Source: Chiloscyllium plagiosum (Eukaryota). From it: a stretch of 20,000 nucleotides of DNA. A model generated the notes under the pieces. That model was not told the origin of the DNA. It saw only the letters and a list, made by a program, of their open reading frames with translations, and did no database searches. Below are positions 1 through 11,176 of the stretch, in pieces; the stretch's first letter is position 1; each line of letters starts with the position of its first letter. Made by a program: the position numbers and the translations under genes. The stretch is from assembly GCF_004010195.1 (NCBI RefSeq), contig NC_057718.1:87602434-87622433 (forward strand), read 5' to 3'.

Positions 1-351
1 GCAGCTTGTCTAGCTATTGCAATTTTTGGTCTTCAGCATAGCTTCTTATTACAGAAGATATTCTTCAAAGAAAATAATCTTTCAGAAAGCTTCATACTTC
101 TACTGCTCATATCCACTTGTAAGAATTACTTGGCTTAACCCTATGAAATTCAGGATAGATTTGCTCTGATTTATTTACTTAAATTTGGGAACTTGTACCT
201 GTATGCCTCAGGCACTAACTCAAATGTACCCAACCTTTTTTGTAACATAATCCCAAAAGATCACCTGTGACAGTGAAGTATAAATTTCCTGTGCTTTACC
301 TATCAACTTGCTGCACTTAAGCAATGTCCAATGTTCTTTTGCCCAATTCAC

Positions 352-382
352 TTTTCTCAATATTTTCTCAATATTTTCTCAA
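352..382. repeat. Short tandem repeat, 11-bp unit TTTTCTCAATA x ~2.8
   Basis: Units read directly at 352-362, 363-373 and 374-382 (partial). Confidence 0.8.
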
Positions 383-1026
383 ATGACATGAAGAATAACT
401 CCAGAGTCTTTTCCTCAAATTTTGGTAAGGCTTGTGCAAACTTAAACATTTGCATACTGGACTTCAAATTGCAACTCAGATTCTCCCAATCAAGGCCTAA
501 AATATCTCCTGTATTACCCACTTAATTTTAAACTTATGTTCATGTTCTGTTGCTTTCTCTTTTTTGTAATATTAATTTGAGTTTTTTCTTTTATATTTTG
601 ACTTTTCATTTCCATTTCTTATGTTCTTAATTCCATTTCCTTTTCCTTTTTTTATATCTGCCATTTCTCGTTCCTTCTTTTTCTTCTCACGTTCAAGCTG
701 CTTTAACTATCATTGAATATCTACTGATTCTAATGTTTCACAACCCGAATATCTGGTCTCTCTTGAACTTCCTTTAAACCCAAGTTCCGGGCTAGTACCT
801 CAATTATCTCTGCCTTCATAATTCTGTCAGGCAATGCTACCTCCAGTTTACCCGACAGGTCAATCAACTTGGTCTTTGAACATTCATTTAAGACTTGTCA
901 AGGACAGCTTTGACACCTACAGGAAATGATTTGCATTTCCAGTGCCATGTCTTAAATGTAATACAAAACCCTTTTTTCCTTCACCCAGGCCATTTACTAA
1001 TACCACACACAAATCCTCATTGGCTA

Positions 1027-2311
1027 TGTTACAAAATCAACCTTAGAAGAGCCCCCAAACTTGGTTGCACCTCACTGGGGTAGGATGCTGGATATCAAAT
1101 CCCATTTTTCAGAGAATTGTCATAAAAATTAAAAATATTATAAAAACATGCAAGAATTCTCCAATTTATCTGTCTTTTATGCCCATGTTGACTGGAAGCA
1201 TCAAAATAGATTCTAGGTACAGATAAACACTTGTGAACCATCATCATACAACTCTACTAGTTAAGACTTGAACTCCCTTAACAGCTTCCCCTACGTGCAC
1301 ATACAATTATGGGTGGAGGGTAAGACTGGGAAAGCAATTCAATGATTCCTGCCCACAGGGCTCACTGAGATGATCCTTTTGACTTGTCAGGACCTCCTGT
1401 TCCTTGATTCTCCTTCTCTAGATCTTTTTCCTTGTTTGTGGAAAGTATAGGGTGGCTGGTTCACACTTGTAAAGACTTTGGCTTGCAGTCTAAGAGCCAG
1501 CAACTGCTGAGAGAAAAAATGAACTGACTTTCTCTAGGCTTAGTGTGTTTTTTTTACTGCAGAGAAAAGAGACAGATCCTGCTCTTGCAGAGATCTAATG
1601 GCTTCTAAGCAAACATTCACACCCATGTGAGCAGCATGATGGCTCACTGGTTGCCACTGCTAGCTCACATCAATCCCAGCCTTGAGTGACTGTTTGGAGT
1701 TTACACTTTCTCCCTGTATCTTCATGGATTTTTGCCTGGTGCTTTGGTTTCTTTATACAGTCCAGAAATGTGCAGGTTAGGGAGGATTAGCCATGCTAAA
1801 TTGCCTCATAGTGTCCAGGTATCTACAAGTTAGGTGGGCTAGCCATGATAATTACGAGGATAGGGTAGGGGGTTGAATGTGGGTGGGATGCTCTCCAAAG
1901 CATTTGTGCGGACTTAACAGGCCAAATGGCCTCTTTCTGCAGGTATTCTGTGATTCTACATGCTGTTAAGTTTCTGGGAACCAATCACATAGGTGTTGAC
2001 CAGTAGAAGTCCTTTATCATTTACAGCCGGTCACCACTTCAGAGACCAATCAGCTTCTTGTTGCTAGCTGAACCTCTATTCGTACACAGACCTGTTAGCT
2101 CCAGCTTGGCTATAAATTAGACAGTTCACTCAACCTCAACCAGCCCCACTGGCTGAACAAAGCAGTCTAAACAGCACTTACAATGGATCTCTGGCAACTT
2201 GTTTTTTTCAAATACAGGCATCCTTTCCACAGTCTTGACTTTTAAAACAGCCTTTTTCCCCACTTCAGTCCACAGTCAAAGTACAGAAAAATAAAAGGTA
2301 TAGTCCTCACA
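1027..2311. mobile_element. Probable solo LTR, interrupted by a SINE
   Basis: Begins TGTTACA and ends CTCACA (TG...CA termini). Flanked by near-identical 6-mers TGGCTA (1021-1026) and TGGTTA (2312-2317), read as a target-site duplication. AATAAA at ~2290. Family not identified. Confidence 0.45.
1629..1958 (+). mobile_element. tRNA-derived SINE, shark HE1/V-SINE type (decayed)
   Basis: A-box-like head TGGCTCACTGGTT; V-domain-like core GGAGTTTACACTTTCTCCCTG...TCCAGAAATGTGCAGGTTAGG...GCCATGCTAAATTGCC; CR1/HER1-like tail GGCCAAATGGCCTC...TGATTCTA. Recognised from the recalled consensus. Confidence 0.85.
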
Positions 2312-4099
2312 TGGTTAGTCAAAAAAAATTGCCACTTTTTTAAGCAAGTCAATTTATAGCTTTACGATCCTTTCCAAGAGCAACATCTTCATTTTCTGAA
2401 GTTTCTGTTTCTTTCCAATACTTTAATATATGCTTGCAGTTCCAAAATAGCAGCATTTGCCAGACCCAAATTATTTTGGTTTACTACATTGCCTTCCTTT
2501 ATTTGTTCATTCGCCTGGAATTCTGCTGCTGTATTCTATTCTTACTCCCATGACATAAAATCTGCAGGCAAACTCAAAGCTGACAGTAGGTTTGTTTGCA
2601 TTTGACATCAATCTGATTCCGTCTCTCTAGAATATTACTGCATCTTTCATGTTAAAATTTTGGACCTTTGACTCTCTGGACACATCTTTTGTTAAGAAAA
2701 TAAATCTTCCTACAACAGGATTATATTTGGTTCCTGTTTCTTTGAGTACATCATCTATTCCAGTAGATTTGCCCCTATCTCAGAAGATAGCAACCGCCTA
2801 TTCCCCATGAGGTCACTTCCTCATAGGAAATCAACATTGTTAATTGATTGTGCCAACACTATTCCTCTAAGAACATATCCATTGACTCAAGAAGCACAGC
2901 TTAAGTTTGCTCTACCCATTGGAACAGCTAAACAATCCTTATCAGTTCCCTGCATCAATGGTATTTTATTTATCAAATTCTCTGGAGAGAAGTGAATGTT
3001 TTTTGCTGACATCAAACATCAAACCCAACCTATCTCCCTAAAACAGGTCATCTTTTACAGTCCTTTATCAAACAAATGGAGTTACTTCACCCTCAAAGAT
3101 AAAACCCTCATAATGTTTTACACTCTGATTTGCACCAATTGAAAATCCATTACACGGTGTAGGTTTGTCACCCATTTCGCCTACTGGTACAGTAATTCCT
3201 GGAAAAACACTAAACACACTTACTAAAGCTTACACTTACCTCTGTCTCTGGTTTTAACTTGCAGCCAGCATTCTGCTATTACGTATCCTGCTTTATGGTA
3301 ATAAAACAACTCGACTTCTTCAAATCATTCCTATGTTCTCTACTAGCTGGAGGAGCATCAGTTGTTTTTTTTTCATTTCTATTATCCTGCCTCTATAGTA
3401 AATTATTTGTTATCATTTCATTTGTCTCCGTGGCGCCTTTGTGGATTTGTGAGCAATGGTTCACTACCACTTGAATGTTCTAGGTTAAGTTGTAACTATC
3501 AGCTGAACCAACTACTTCCTCAATATTAAAATCTTTATGGTGGTGGATTTTGGTTCCTAAAGGAATACTTGTTTCAGATACCCTCGTTGACAACACCTCT
3601 TGAAGGTTTTCAGAATTCCAGTTCACCTTTGTGGACCATCAATCAGAGACCAAAACTTCAAGGTAGAGGTGGTCATTGCAACAGCACAGATTGGAGTTGT
3701 GCATCACAAGCATGCAGAAATCTCATGCAACTGACTCCCTGGGAATTGCTGGGAAGTTAGAATTTCCTCAGAGCAAATAACTGTCAGCTGGAACCAGCAT
3801 CCCACCACCCACCTTGTTTTGGTCAATCAGGAAGCGTCGTCATATACAGTCAAGGGGCTCATCCAATTCCGTCCTGAGGATTGGCCACCATCTGTAAGGT
3901 GCTTGGTCCTTTCAGAGTTCAGGGATCGGTGTCCCTGCGGTCTGCAATTGGAACAGGTCATTGCACTCTGGAGCTGGACAGCTCTCTCAATGCTTCATGA
4001 GACAGGGGTTTTGGTGGACAGGGTGGAGAAGTGGAGGGCAGTTCTTTTTCCATTGCCACAGGAAGCCAATCTGGATCCAAATTGTGGGCCAGGTTGGTG

Positions 4100-4141
4100 C
4101 TGCATCCCAGATGGTCAGTCCTGCATCCCAGATGGTCAGTC
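4100..4141. repeat. Perfect 21-bp tandem duplication CTGCATCCCAGATGGTCAGTC x2
   Basis: Copies at 4100-4120 and 4121-4141. Confidence 0.95.
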
Positions 4142-4459
4142 CTGTGGTCACATGCAGTGAAAACATCAGTCTGGGGATTGTGGGTCAGTTTTTCATCCAG
4201 TGAGACAAAAGGAGGGATTGAGCATGATGGATGTGGATGCAAGCGCAGTTAGTGGTGATGCACAAACAGGAGAAGCAGTGAGGTGGCCCAGTGAGTGAGT
4301 GGGAAGCATGTTTGAGAGGATGAACTATGTGAGAACCATTGACACACCATACTGAAAGCAATAATGAGAGTGGTATTCCATGAACCTTAGTAAGGGGCAT
4401 GTGCAGTGACAGGGCTACAGTGACTGAGGTAAGTGAGTGTGAAGAAGCAGAGCGAAGAC

Positions 4460-4633
4460 CCTTTTAGAGCACAAAAGATCATTGACCTTCCTGCACTGTT
4501 TGTTATCCCTCTTCATCTGGGATGCAGCAACAACCAGGCCCACATTTTGGGTTCAGATTGGCCTCCTGAGGCAGTCTAGTGGAAAAAGGACTGCCCTCCA
4601 CTTCTCCACCCTGTTCATCAAAACACCTGTCTC
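4460..4633 (-). pseudogene. Myb/SANT-like DNA-binding domain relic (Harbinger accessory gene, MSANTD/NAIF1-like)
   Basis: Manual translation: ETGVLMNRVEKWRAVLFPLDCLRRPI*TQNVGLVVAASQMKRDNKQCRKVNDLLCSKR, then GT. The W...V...R...QCRK.NDL pattern fits Myb/SANT-like helices 2-3. The stop corresponds to TGG (W) in the inverted copy. Confidence 0.7.
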
Positions 4634-5414
4634 ATGAAGCAGTGAAGAGCTGTCCAGCTGCAGAGTGCAATGGCCTGTTACTGGCTTGCAGCACCTGAAG
4701 TGGTATGCGGCTTAGCTTTAAATGTGACACCCAGTGGCCCGAATACCACTGGTGAGTACCTCCATTTCTCTGACCAGGTGGTTCCCTGAGAAAGATGCCC
4801 TAGAGCTTGGCAACAGAATTAACAAGGTAAAGAATGGAAGATTGCGTGAGAAAGGTCACTCCAAGCCATGCAGTCTAGGTATTGTGAATTTCACTTGGCA
4901 AAATATTTTAACTGAAAATTGGAAAATTCCATCCAATGCAGTCAAGTCTTTTGGTGCATTACTTGAACAACTTTCTGACTAAGAGATAGGAGTGTCATCA
5001 GTGAATAACAGCTTAATTGATTTACAGCAGCTGGTGAAATTATAGAACACACTGAATACACAAAATATTTTGAAGGAGCATTGGGCCTAGGTGGAAGGTT
5101 GAGAACTGATTTTTTTAATCCTCTATTTTGCTGTTGTGATTTCTTGTGTCCCATTATCCGAAAACCTAAGTATTAATGTTGTTGATCTGTGTTACACAGA
5201 CAGCAAAGTGTAGCAGACAGATTGGGTGCACCAACATTTTCGTACGATACTTCAAAAAATAACATTTTAGTAGTAGATATTTCTTACAAGAAAAGCTTCT
5301 TCACAGACTACTTAGAATATGGATCTAGCTACCACAAGGAATGATTAAGGCCCTTTGTAATTCAGGGGAACACAAGGACAAAGGAGGAAAGAATAGAAGG
5401 AAGGGCTATTAATT

Positions 5415-5672
5415 TGGGTCTCTGCAGCATCCTCAATTTTAATCACCTTAATCGCAGTTATGCCTTTAGCTTCCAAGTCCCTAGTCTCTGGAATTATTTC
5501 CCTTCTCTCTATCTCACTTTCCTCCTGTAAGAATCTTCTGAAAACACAGTATTGACCAAGGTTTCTAATTAGCTTCCCACTATCACCTTATGTGGTGCAG
5601 AATCCAATTTTATCTGATCATTTGAAGCAACTTGGGATGACACTATTTGAATGTAGCTGGTTATTATTGTTG
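5415..5672 (+). mobile_element. L2-type LINE 3' end fragment
   Basis: GCCTTTAGCTTCCAAGTCCCTAGTCTCTGGAAT...TTCTGAAAACACAGTATTGACCAAG resembles the L2 ORF2 end (AFS..P.LWN...LKT.LF), followed by an L2-like 3' UTR. Confidence 0.7.
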
Positions 5673-5848
5673 GTAGGAGGAAGATCACTTGGACTGAATG
5701 CCCTATTTCTTTGCTGTAAATTCTATGTAAGTGTATAAAGGAGAGACAGAGAACCATAAGAACAGTTTTGGAATGAAGACTGTATGACACCTTAGTTGTA
5801 TTTAGCATTATTCTGTTGTCTTGCACCTTTAAAGTCAAGTTGTGCAAT

Positions 5849-6370
5849 TGTTACAACTCCCTAACTTTAATTGTTCAGAGTGAGTGCTTGCTGGATTTGC
5901 AGCTTTGTACCTGTTTGCACAGAATGTTTATTGTGCAGTAGGTGTGGAGTCTTACCACGCCTCAGGGTTGGGAGGTGAGCTTGTTGTTGTCAGGGTGCCA
6001 ATTTTCAACCATAAGTTGCTGATGGCAACAGCTAATTCTGGTGGAGAGAGGAGCTAGGGTGGAAATGACATCGTCGCCAGGAAAGGAAGGGTGTTCTGGA
6101 AAGGGAAGGGCAAGCTATCCAAACGTGTGCAGAGAGAGGCATTAGTTTCCGGTAGGAAAGACTACAGATTGAGAAAATGAGGAGAGCTGCTATTATCCTG
6201 AATTGTTAATCACCTGGACTTGTTTCGACTGTTGGGAATTAAAAGCTCTTCAATACTAAGTATTGTTTCAATGGGATGGATTTCTAACTAAGGCTTGAGG
6301 GACTGCAGGTGCACAGACTACATGCTGACAATCGAGGAAGAGTAACTCTATAAGAGCCGGAGTTCTGACA
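5849..6370. mobile_element. Possible solo LTR (~520 bp)
   Basis: Imperfect inverted termini TGTTACAACTCC ... GGAGTTCTGACA (10/12 match, TG...CA); ATTAAA at ~6238. No clear target-site duplication. Confidence 0.45.
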
Positions 6371-6564
6371 TTCTTGATATCACATGGTGAGTTTAATCCA
6401 AGTGATAAGCCAACAAATGTGACTGACTGCATTTCTCCCACTACTTAGGATCTAAAACCCCAGGGGTATACTTTTTATATTGTTCATGTTTTGGCCATAT
6501 ATTATGTTTAACAACCTGATTTACAGTTTTTAATGAGTTACTAATTTCAGGTGTATTTTCAGCA

Positions 6565-6694
6565 ATTACAACAATTTATATTCAAATTGTGGCCTTCAGT
6601 GTGATAATATATTCCAGGACACTTCACAGGAATATCACAATATAAAATGTGATACTGAGCCACATAAAGAGATGTTAGGTCAGATGACCAAAAC
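6565..6694 (-). mobile_element. L2-type LINE 3' tail fragment
   Basis: Reverse-complement similarity to the L2 tail at ~5550-5670 (CCACATAA..GAGATG..TGACCAAAA versus CCTTATGTGG). Confidence 0.65.
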
Positions 6695-7162
6695 TGGCAG
6701 TTCAGAAATTAAGTGGTTCTGCCTGTTTATTCAGGTGGAGATTGAAACAATGAGGCTGAGGTTTGATACATAGCCAGGTATGCCATTCTGTGGGTGGATA
6801 TTTTTCAAAGATTGGTTTTTGATACTTCAAATATATTAAAAAAAACAAAAAAATTACATTGTTATTTCATATTATAGAAATGTGCCAATTCCTGACTGAT
6901 GTTTGATATTTGGTCCTTTAAATTCAGTCACAGTACAAAAAGACTTGACTACAGTTTTACATTTTTACACTGAATGTATTGCAATATAATTAATTTACTA
7001 ATAGTTTAATACATTAATGTTCAGTCAAAACAACAGTGTAATTGTTTCAATTGTTTCACAAATATCCAAAGTCCAAAATGAAGGATATTTTCTGAATCTC
7101 AAGTTTCAGTCTTTAGGCAGAATCTTTATTATCCCCGATCGAGCTTCTCTGCTTCTGTATTC

Positions 7163-7241
7163 CACCTGTTTGACTATAACCTGGTGTTGTGTGATTTTTA
7201 ACTTTGTACACCGCAGTCCAACACCAGCATCTCCAGATCAT
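7163..7241. mobile_element. Fragment of Penelope-associated repeat (same family as 10265-11176)
   Basis: CCTGTTTGACTATAACCTGGTGTTGTGTGATTTTTAACTTTGT...AGTCCAACACCAGCATCTCCA matches 11138-11176 directly and 10265-10345 in reverse. Confidence 0.75.
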
Positions 7242-7364
7242 CCGTATTTTACTATCAACAATCCTTTTGTCTGCCCATCTCTATTTTATCTCTGTCTGGG
7301 CTCGCTCTCTTTCCACTTTTCCACCCAGTTATCGGTATCAATTTCGCCTTTTCATAGCTGCAGT

Positions 7365-7460
7365 CAGTTCTGAAATAGGGATCAGTGGACTTGACACTAA
7401 CGCTGCTTTCTCATTAAAGATGCTGCCAGACCGGCTGAGTTTCTCCGGAAACGTCTATTT
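7365..7460. mobile_element. Fragment of palindromic Penelope-derived mini-element
   Basis: GATGCTGCCAGACCGGCTGAGTTTCTCC is similar to 14728-14755 and 10742-10765. Confidence 0.65.
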
Positions 7461-8184
7461 ATTGTTTGATTAAGATCTTCGATGCCTGCGGTTCTTTGTT
7501 TTATAATAACGAAGCATCTGGTCATGGCGGGGGGAGGGGGAAGGCAGAATATCAGTTTCCCTGAATGAAGTTGAGACAACGGTGAGAAACTGGGAGGAAA
7601 GCAAAAACACTTTATAAGAAGCTGCCTACAAAAGCTCCAATTGCATTTCTGTTAAATCCGCTTTCACTGTGTGCTCGGGAAACACATTCCAGATCACCAC
7701 AACTTCGCCGTTTTAAAGGAACTCACTTTATCAGCACTACCATTCCAAAACTAATCTGCTGACTGACTTCGATCCGGACCCTCTGCTGTGCTGACAGTGG
7801 AAACTGAGGAGAATCGATGAAAACTACTCGTCACATTATCCATTCCTCCAGTTTCTCTTTCTCTCACCGTTCTATAAAGCAAGAACTATTTTTTTGCGGG
7901 GCGGGGGGGTGATGTGGTAGAGAGTGGTAAAGTTTTAGCGAAGGGAGTGAGCTTTCCAGCGGCCAAAGTTCACAGCCTCGACTGTGCAGTCTGCCTCAGA
8001 GTTGAAACTTTCCCTTTGTTAGGCTGTTGGTTTGAATGTGTCCGTGTGAATACTTGAGTCAAGCAGATGCAGCACTTTGCACACACTGCGATTGTTCTCC
8101 GGGAGCATCTGACATCAGAGCAGCTTTTGTAGCGAAGTGTTGATACCGAGGGGAGGGTGGGAAATGTGGGAGAGAGTCATGTGA

Positions 8185-8588
8185 AGGAGGAAGAGCTCAC
8201 TTTGGCAGGAGGGGAGGGGAGAGGCGGCTATCTCAAGATCTGCACCGCTCTCGGGAGTCGGGAAGCCTTTCATTCCCCGTCTCTCGAGGAGGACCCGTTT
8301 TGCTCCAGCGAATTCGTTCATCTCGCAGGACCGCCGCTCGTTCCAAACCCCCCCCCCCGTTCACGCCCCTTCCTCGCCTTGGCCAAAAGCAGAAAAGTTT
8401 TGTTTTCGCTTGGAGTTGGAATCTCCCAGGCATCTGGCTGAGGGAACTTTGTGGAGTTGGTGGTGGCCGGGGGGGTGGAATCCTGCAGAAGTGACAGGCG
8501 GCGAGCTGTCCCTCATTCTGTGTGTCTGTCTGTCTCTCCCCCCAACCCCTCCCTGGCTCGGCAGGGAGGCAGAGAGTTGGAAGAGGAG
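8185..8588 (+). other. Probable non-coding 5' UTR exon (start uncertain) ending at a strong donor
   Basis: GAG|GTGAGT donor at 8588/8589. About 400 nt upstream are ATG-free. A polypyrimidine tract at ~8693-8720 precedes candidate acceptors at 8726, 8758 or 8775. Confidence 0.5.
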
Positions 8589-8825
8589 GTGAGTTGGGGG
8601 GAGGGAAAGACTGAGGCCGGGCTATGAGGAGTGGATGGCCCACTGAGCTCCTGAGGGGGTTGGGAAGATTCCTTGCTGAGCGGGGCCAGTCGACTCTCTC
8701 CCCTCCTTCCCATTTCCCTTGTTGAGGGCCATTTGTCGTCTGCTGCCCTGATTGATAGCCTCGGAGCTTCACCAGTGACTCGTGGTTGAGCTGCCGTCGA
8801 TCGGAGGACCTTGGGGAACAGTGCG

Positions 8826-8924
8826 ATGGATGAAGACCCCGATACTCCCCATGAGTGTCCGCCCCTCTCGGCCGACCTGCCCGAAGCGTTCTGCACCCTC
8901 TGGAAGGATATGATGGGGATGTTG
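8826..8924 (+). CDS. First coding exon of an unidentified vertebrate gene: MDEDPDTPHECPPLSADLPEAFCTLWKDMMGML
   Basis: Strong Kozak context (GCGATGG), 33 codons, phase-0 donor TTG|GTGAGT at 8925, within the CpG-rich region. No convincing downstream coding exon found in the window. Confidence 0.7.
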
Positions 8925-10264
8925 GTGAGTTGGGGGAGGGGGAGTATGGGTGGTGTCATTCAGGAAGGTTCAGTTGTTCGGCGGTTTCCTTCTGGGGAAT
9001 AAGCAAACCAAAGGAAAATCGGTCAGGAAGAGCAGATGTTTAAGAGAGCCTCCGACCAGTTACTTCAAAGCATTTTCCAATTCGGTTCTCCCTCAGATTT
9101 AATTGCTTCACTGTTTGATCTGGTCCATCTTCTGTGTTAGCGAAAGCACACTCAAGTTGCATGTTCAGGTATTAAGACACGGTTCCTCACGAGAGCTTTG
9201 CGGCAGAGGTTTTACCACCTTTCTGACAATCGTGGCTGTCAGTCGGTTTATCTCAATGTTCTGGTGCACTTTATATTTTGGTCAGTGAAAGGATATTCCG
9301 GTATTTTCTCACCTGTCAGCTTGGGCGCCTGATACACCTGGGTCAGTTCGAGTGTTCACAGGCATCTGACCAACAGTCCAGCGGTGAATTCGTGCATGTT
9401 CAAATATCTGGCACGCTGTTAGCAATAATTCAATCAAGTGTATTCAAATATTGACGCACAGTTACTAGTTGTCATTTTGGACATGTTCATCTGCTTGGTG
9501 TACCCTTGGTAGTGGCCAATTTAAGACTGTGTTCAGGTATCTGATGTACCTGTTACCATTAAGTAAGAGAATCTCAGATATGTGACTTTACTCAAACTAT
9601 TCATTAGTAAAAGCATTGTATTCAGGTATCTGACATGTTGTTAGTGTTGATTAGAATGTGTGTTCAGGTATCTGATTTACCATTAGTATTGGCCAGTTTG
9701 AGCATGTCATATATCTGATGTTAGTTGGTACTGGGTCAATTTGAGACTGTACAGGTATCTGTACTATAATTAATGGTCAATTTAAGAGTGCAGCTAACTG
9801 ACACACTTAATAGTTGTTAGTTGAGAGCCATCTGATGTACCAGTACTAGTATGGTCAGTTGGAGGATGTTCTGATTTTTGACACTCTGTTAATAATGGTC
9901 ATTCAGTACACCTGTTATCTGTAATGCAGTGGTAACAATGGTCAATTAGTTCATGTCATTCGATTGTGGTAATCGAGAATCATTTTGAGAAAGTTCAATT
10001 ATTTGACACGCTTTAACAATGGTTAATTTGACATTTTTCAGTCATTTGCTGTATTCTTACCAAAGGTTGGTGTCTCATTTATTGTTACTTATGGTCATCT
10101 TGGAGGGTGTGAGCTCTCTGATGAGATATTACACAAGGTCAGTTTCAGTGTGTCCACTTAGGTGATGCAATTTTACTTGTGGCTGATCCAAGCATGTTCA
10201 TCTCTAATGGAATTTTATTACATTTTAATCATGTTTGGGTATCTCCTAAGCTTTCAGCTGCCTT

Positions 10265-11176
10265 GATGTGGAGGTGCCGATGTTGGACTAAGATGGACAA
10301 AGTCAGAAATCACATTACACCAGATTATAGTCCAGCAGGTTTATTTGAAATCGCAAGCTTTTGGAGCATAGCTCCTTTGTCAAGTGAAGTAAGAGAAAAG
10401 CGCACACAACTTATGCACAGAGAAATCAAAAGATCATACAAATGGTGAGAGTGGGTTGTTGAATAATAATTCTCTTCAGATGATCAAGGGTATTAGACGG
10501 TGTGAATAAAGTGTCAACAGCTGAATAATAACTATAGGGATGACCTGTAATCCAGTTAAATGAGGCCAAGAGATAATTACAAAAAAAAATTAAAATATGG
10601 TGCTGAAGACAAACCAAATGGCTGGAATGACATGGAACAAAAACAGAAGCTGCTGGAAAAGCCAAGCAGCTCTAGCAGCATTTGTGAAGAAAAGCCAGAG
10701 GAAAGATTGCTGGACCTGATTTAACTCTGATTTTTTCTTCACAGACCTGCTGAGCCCCTCTCAGCAACCCCTCCCTTGCTTCTGATTTACAGCATCTGCT
10801 GTTCTTTTGCTTTTTATTTGACTGTAATAACATGACATTGTTAAATAACATTAAATGGTTTCTCTCGAGCACCATCTAATTTTTAATTTTTTTTGTAATT
10901 CTAACTCTGCCACATTTAATTGTATTATAGGTCATCCCTTCAGTTATTATTTAGCTATTGACACTTTGCTCACATTGTCTAAAACCTTTGGTCACCTGCA
11001 GTCTTATTGTTCGACACTCCACTCACCATTTGTATGATCTTTTGATCTCTGTGCCCATAAATTGTGTTCTGTGTGCTTCTCTCTCACTTCACGTAATGAA
11101 GGGTCTATGCTCCAAAAGCTTGTGATTTAAGCTAAACCTGTTGGACTACAATCTGTTTTCGTGTGATTTCTGACTT
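10265..11176. mobile_element. Penelope-associated element with ~340-bp inverted arms
   Basis: 10300-10634 is the diverged reverse complement of 10831-11176 (AAGTCAGAAATCAC/GTGATTTCTGACTT; AAAAGATCATACAAATGGTGAG/CTCACCATTTGTATGATCTTTT). Confidence 0.8.
10635..10821. mobile_element. Nested palindromic Penelope-derived mini-element
   Basis: AAAAACAGAAGCTGCTGGAAAAG...CAGCATCTGCTGTTCTTTTG, flanked by CTGGAATGACATG (10622-10634) and CTGTAATAACATG (10822-10834), an 11/13 target-site duplication. Confidence 0.75.

Larger units (their letters stand above)
3745..4934 (-). mobile_element. Decayed PIF/Harbinger-like DNA transposon remnant
   Basis: Contains a Myb/SANT-like coding relic. The right end GGAAAATTCCATCC (4921-4934) resembles a Harbinger-type TIR. 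Left boundary is uncertain. Confidence 0.55.
7100..9420. promoter_or_regulatory. CpG-enriched promoter / 5' region
   Basis: CpG density and GC content rise visibly against CpG-depleted flanks (peak ~8100-9000). GC box GGGGCGGGG at ~7897-7905; TATAAA at ~7874. Overlaps the first exons. Confidence 0.75.

Noticed and set aside
2320..3300. Very old LINE remnant (also 1-1020)
   Set aside because: Only compositional hints and tiny motifs; I cannot support a family or boundaries.
3819..4252. Cluster of overlapping ORFs as a real gene
   Set aside because: Explained by the inverted, frameshifted Harbinger relic and the 21-bp duplication.
7397..7525. Divergent minus-strand ORF with good Kozak context (CCGCCATGA)
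   Set aside because: Runs into a Penelope-derived repeat and stops after ~42 codons with no clear donor. A divergent non-coding transcript is not excluded.
8233..8959. Longest ORFs (179 aa and 148 aa, minus strand)
   Set aside because: Low-complexity Pro/Gly/Arg products expected from GC-rich promoter DNA, antisense to the better-supported exon.
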